From: Alkalilimnicola ehrlichii MLHE-1
GTDB lineage: Bacteria; Pseudomonadota; Gammaproteobacteria; Nitrococcales; Halorhodospiraceae
Reading direction: 5' to 3'
NCBI RefSeq assembly: GCF_000014785.1
Contig: NC_008340.1
Coordinates: 1,020,001 to 1,052,000, forward strand
Length of the DNA: 32,000 bases
Shown here in pieces: positions 29,995 through 32,000 of the stretch (the first letter of the stretch is position 1; each line of letters starts with the position of its first letter). The position numbers and the translations under genes are program-made. The notes under the pieces are model-generated. The model worked only from the letters and a program-made list of their open reading frames with translations, had not been told where the DNA came from and made no database searches.

Positions 29995-31164
29995 ATGTTC
30001 CGGATCCTCACCTTTAACAACATCTCGGTCAAAGGGCTGGAGCGCTTCCCGCGGGATCACTTCGAGACCTCCTCCGACATCGCCCACCCGGACGCCATCA
30101 TGCTGCGCTCCCACAAGCTACAGGAGAGCGAGGTGGCGGATACCGTGTTGGCGGTGGGCCGTGCCGGCGCCGGGGTCAACAACATCCCGGTGGAGGCCAT
30201 GAGCCGGCGGGGCGTCCCGGTGTTCAACGCCCCGGGCGCCAACGCCAACGCAGTGAAGGAGTTGACCATCGCCGGGCTGTTCCTGGCCGCCCGCAACATC
30301 TGCCAGGCCTGGGACTTTGCCCGCGCCCTGGAGGGGAGCGACCAGCAGATCAACGCCGAGGTGGAGGCGGGCAAAAAGCGCTTCACCGGCTTTGAGCTGC
30401 CGGGGCGCACCCTGGGCGTGATCGGCCTGGGTGCCATCGGGGTGGAGGTGGCCAACGCGGCTATGGCCCTGGGCATGAAGGTTGTCGGCTACGACCCGCA
30501 GATCACCGTGCACCGGGCCTGGCAGCTCTCCAGTCAGGTGGAACAGGCCCATAGCGTCGATGAACTGATGAGCCGGGCCGATGTGGTGACCATTCACGCC
30601 CCGCTGAATGAGGCCACCCGTGGGCTGATCAATGGTAGCCGCCTGGCCGCGGCCCACCCGGGGCTGACGGTGCTCAACTTCGCGCGTTCCGAGGTGGTGG
30701 ACGAGCAGGCCATCCTGGAGGCGTTGGACCGCGACCATCTGCGTGCCTATATCTGTGACTTCCCCAGCAATGCCCTGAAGGGGCGGGGCAACGTCATCGC
30801 CTTGCCCCACCTGGGTGCCTCCACGGTGGAGTCGCAGGAGAACTGCGCCGTCATGGTGGCGGATCAGCTCCGCGAGTACCTGGAGACGGGCAATATCCGC
30901 AACGCGGTCAACTTCCCCGAGGTGGTGATGCCGCGGGGGGGCAAGGGCAACCGGCTCTGCGTGGTGAATGCCAACGTGCCCAACATGCTGGGGCGGATCT
31001 CCACCGCGCTGGCGGAGGCGGGGTTGAACATTGACGATATGTACAACAAGTCTCACGAGGAGCTGGCCTACACCGTGGTGGACGTGGAGGGCGCCATCCC
31101 CGAGTCGGTAGTGCAGGCCATTGCCGAGGTGGAGGGCGTGTTGCGGGTTCGGGTCATCGAGTGA
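29995..31164 (+). CDS. serA: D-3-phosphoglycerate dehydrogenase with C-terminal ACT-like region
   Basis: AVGRAGAGVNNIPVEAMSRRGVPVFNAPGANANAV; LGVIGLGAIGVEVANAA; CVVNANVPNMLGRISTALAEAGLNIDDMYNKSHEELAYTVVDVEG. Confidence 0.93.
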   Translation: MFRILTFNNISVKGLERFPRDHFETSSDIAHPDAIMLRSHKLQESEVADTVLAVGRAGAGVNNIPVEAMSRRGVPVFNAPGANANAVKELTIAGLFLAARNICQAWDFARALEGSDQQINAEVEAGKKRFTGFELPGRTLGVIGLGAIGVEVANAAMALGMKVVGYDPQITVHRAWQLSSQVEQAHSVDELMSRADVVTIHAPLNEATRGLINGSRLAAAHPGLTVLNFARSEVVDEQAILEALDRDHLRAYICDFPSNALKGRGNVIALPHLGASTVESQENCAVMVADQLREYLETGNIRNAVNFPEVVMPRGGKGNRLCVVNANVPNMLGRISTALAEAGLNIDDMYNKSHEELAYTVVDVEGAIPESVVQAIAEVEGVLRVRVIE

Positions 31165-31177
31165 GGCGTTGGCGAGC

Positions 31178-32000
31178 ATGAGTGACGAACAGACCTCCCC
31201 CGACGATCAGGCCGCGCTGCAGGCCGTGCGTGCGCGCATCGACGCCCTGGACGACGAGATCCTGCGGCTAATCAGCGAGCGCGCCCGGATGGCCGAAGAG
31301 GTGGCCCGGGTCAAGCGTGAGGCCGGGCACAGCAACGATTTCTACCGCCCCGAGCGCGAGGCGCAGGTGCTGCGCCGGGTCCGCCAGTCCAACCCCGGCC
31401 CGCTGGGCGAGGAGGCGGTGACCCGGCTGTTCCGCGAGATCATGTCCGCCTGCCTGGCCATCCAGCTGCCCTTGCAGGTGGCCTTCCTGGGGCCCGAAGG
31501 CACCTATACCCAGGAGGCGGCACTCAAGCACTTCGGCCACGCCATGGGCACGGCACCGCTGAGCACTATCGCCGCGGTCTTTCGTGAGGTGGAGTCCGGT
31601 GCCGCCCACTACGGGGTGGTGCCGGTGGAGAACTCCACCGAGGGGGTGGTCACCCACACGGTGGACCGCTTTCTCAACTCGCCGCTGCAGATCGTCGGCG
31701 AGGTGCAGTTACCCATCCACCACGCCCTGGCCAGCCGCGAGCAGGACTGGAACGCCATCCGGCGTATCTACTCCCACCAGCAGGGACTGGCCCAGTGCCG
31801 GGCCTGGGTCGATACCCATCTGCCGGGCGTGGAACGGGTGCCGGTCACCAGCACCGCCGAGGCGGCGCGGCTGGCGGCGGCCGAACGGGGTGCGGCGGCC
31901 ATCGCCAGTGAGGCGGCCTGCGAGCTCTACGACTTGCCGGTGCTTGCCACCCACATCGAGGACGAGCCGGGCAACACCACCCGCTTTCTGGTGGTGGGGC
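31178..32000 (+). CDS. pheA: Bifunctional chorismate mutase / prephenate dehydratase, 3'-truncated by the window edge
   Basis: Read directly from the sequence because it has no in-window stop and is absent from the ORF track: MSDEQTSPDDQAALQAVRARIDALDDEILRLISERARMAEEVARVK... (AroQ), VAFLGPEGTYTQEAALKHFG, GVVPVENSTEGVVTHTVDRF (PDT). Confidence 0.96.
   Translation, partial: MSDEQTSPDDQAALQAVRARIDALDDEILRLISERARMAEEVARVKREAGHSNDFYRPEREAQVLRRVRQSNPGPLGEEAVTRLFREIMSACLAIQLPLQVAFLGPEGTYTQEAALKHFGHAMGTAPLSTIAAVFREVESGAAHYGVVPVENSTEGVVTHTVDRFLNSPLQIVGEVQLPIHHALASREQDWNAIRRIYSHQQGLAQCRAWVDTHLPGVERVPVTSTAEAARLAAAERGAAAIASEAACELYDLPVLATHIEDEPGNTTRFLVVG

Overview
Ordinary high-GC gammaproteobacterial chromosome. 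Gene content and acidic proteins suggest a haloalkaliphilic Ectothiorhodospiraceae-type genome (inference only). The window runs: flgK(partial)-flgL | endonuclease III-like, YciK-like SDR, squalene/phytoene synthase-like (-) | ATP-grasp protein + CocE/NonD hydrolase (+) | gph-ubiG-mtaD (-) | shikimate-kinase-like, mtnA, sthA (+) | ompW-like, NfeD-like (-) | ggt (+) | fused TRAP permease + TAXI binding protein (-) | EAL/HDOD protein (-) | ~1.1 kb palindromic tandem repeat array | CvrA/NhaP2-like K+/H+ antiporter (-) | membrane-anchored PPIase, gyrA, serC, serA, pheA(partial) (+). The most unusual object is the array at 22471-23589. It has 11 full 79-bp imperfectly palindromic cores plus two 30-bp truncated copies. 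The 16-18 bp spacers are themselves palindromic and stay so despite sequence changes, including a compensated terminal spacer. A second point of interest is the translationally coupled ATP-grasp ligase / CocE-type hydrolase pair of unknown substrate. No CRISPR, rRNA, tRNA, integrase or transposase was recognised.
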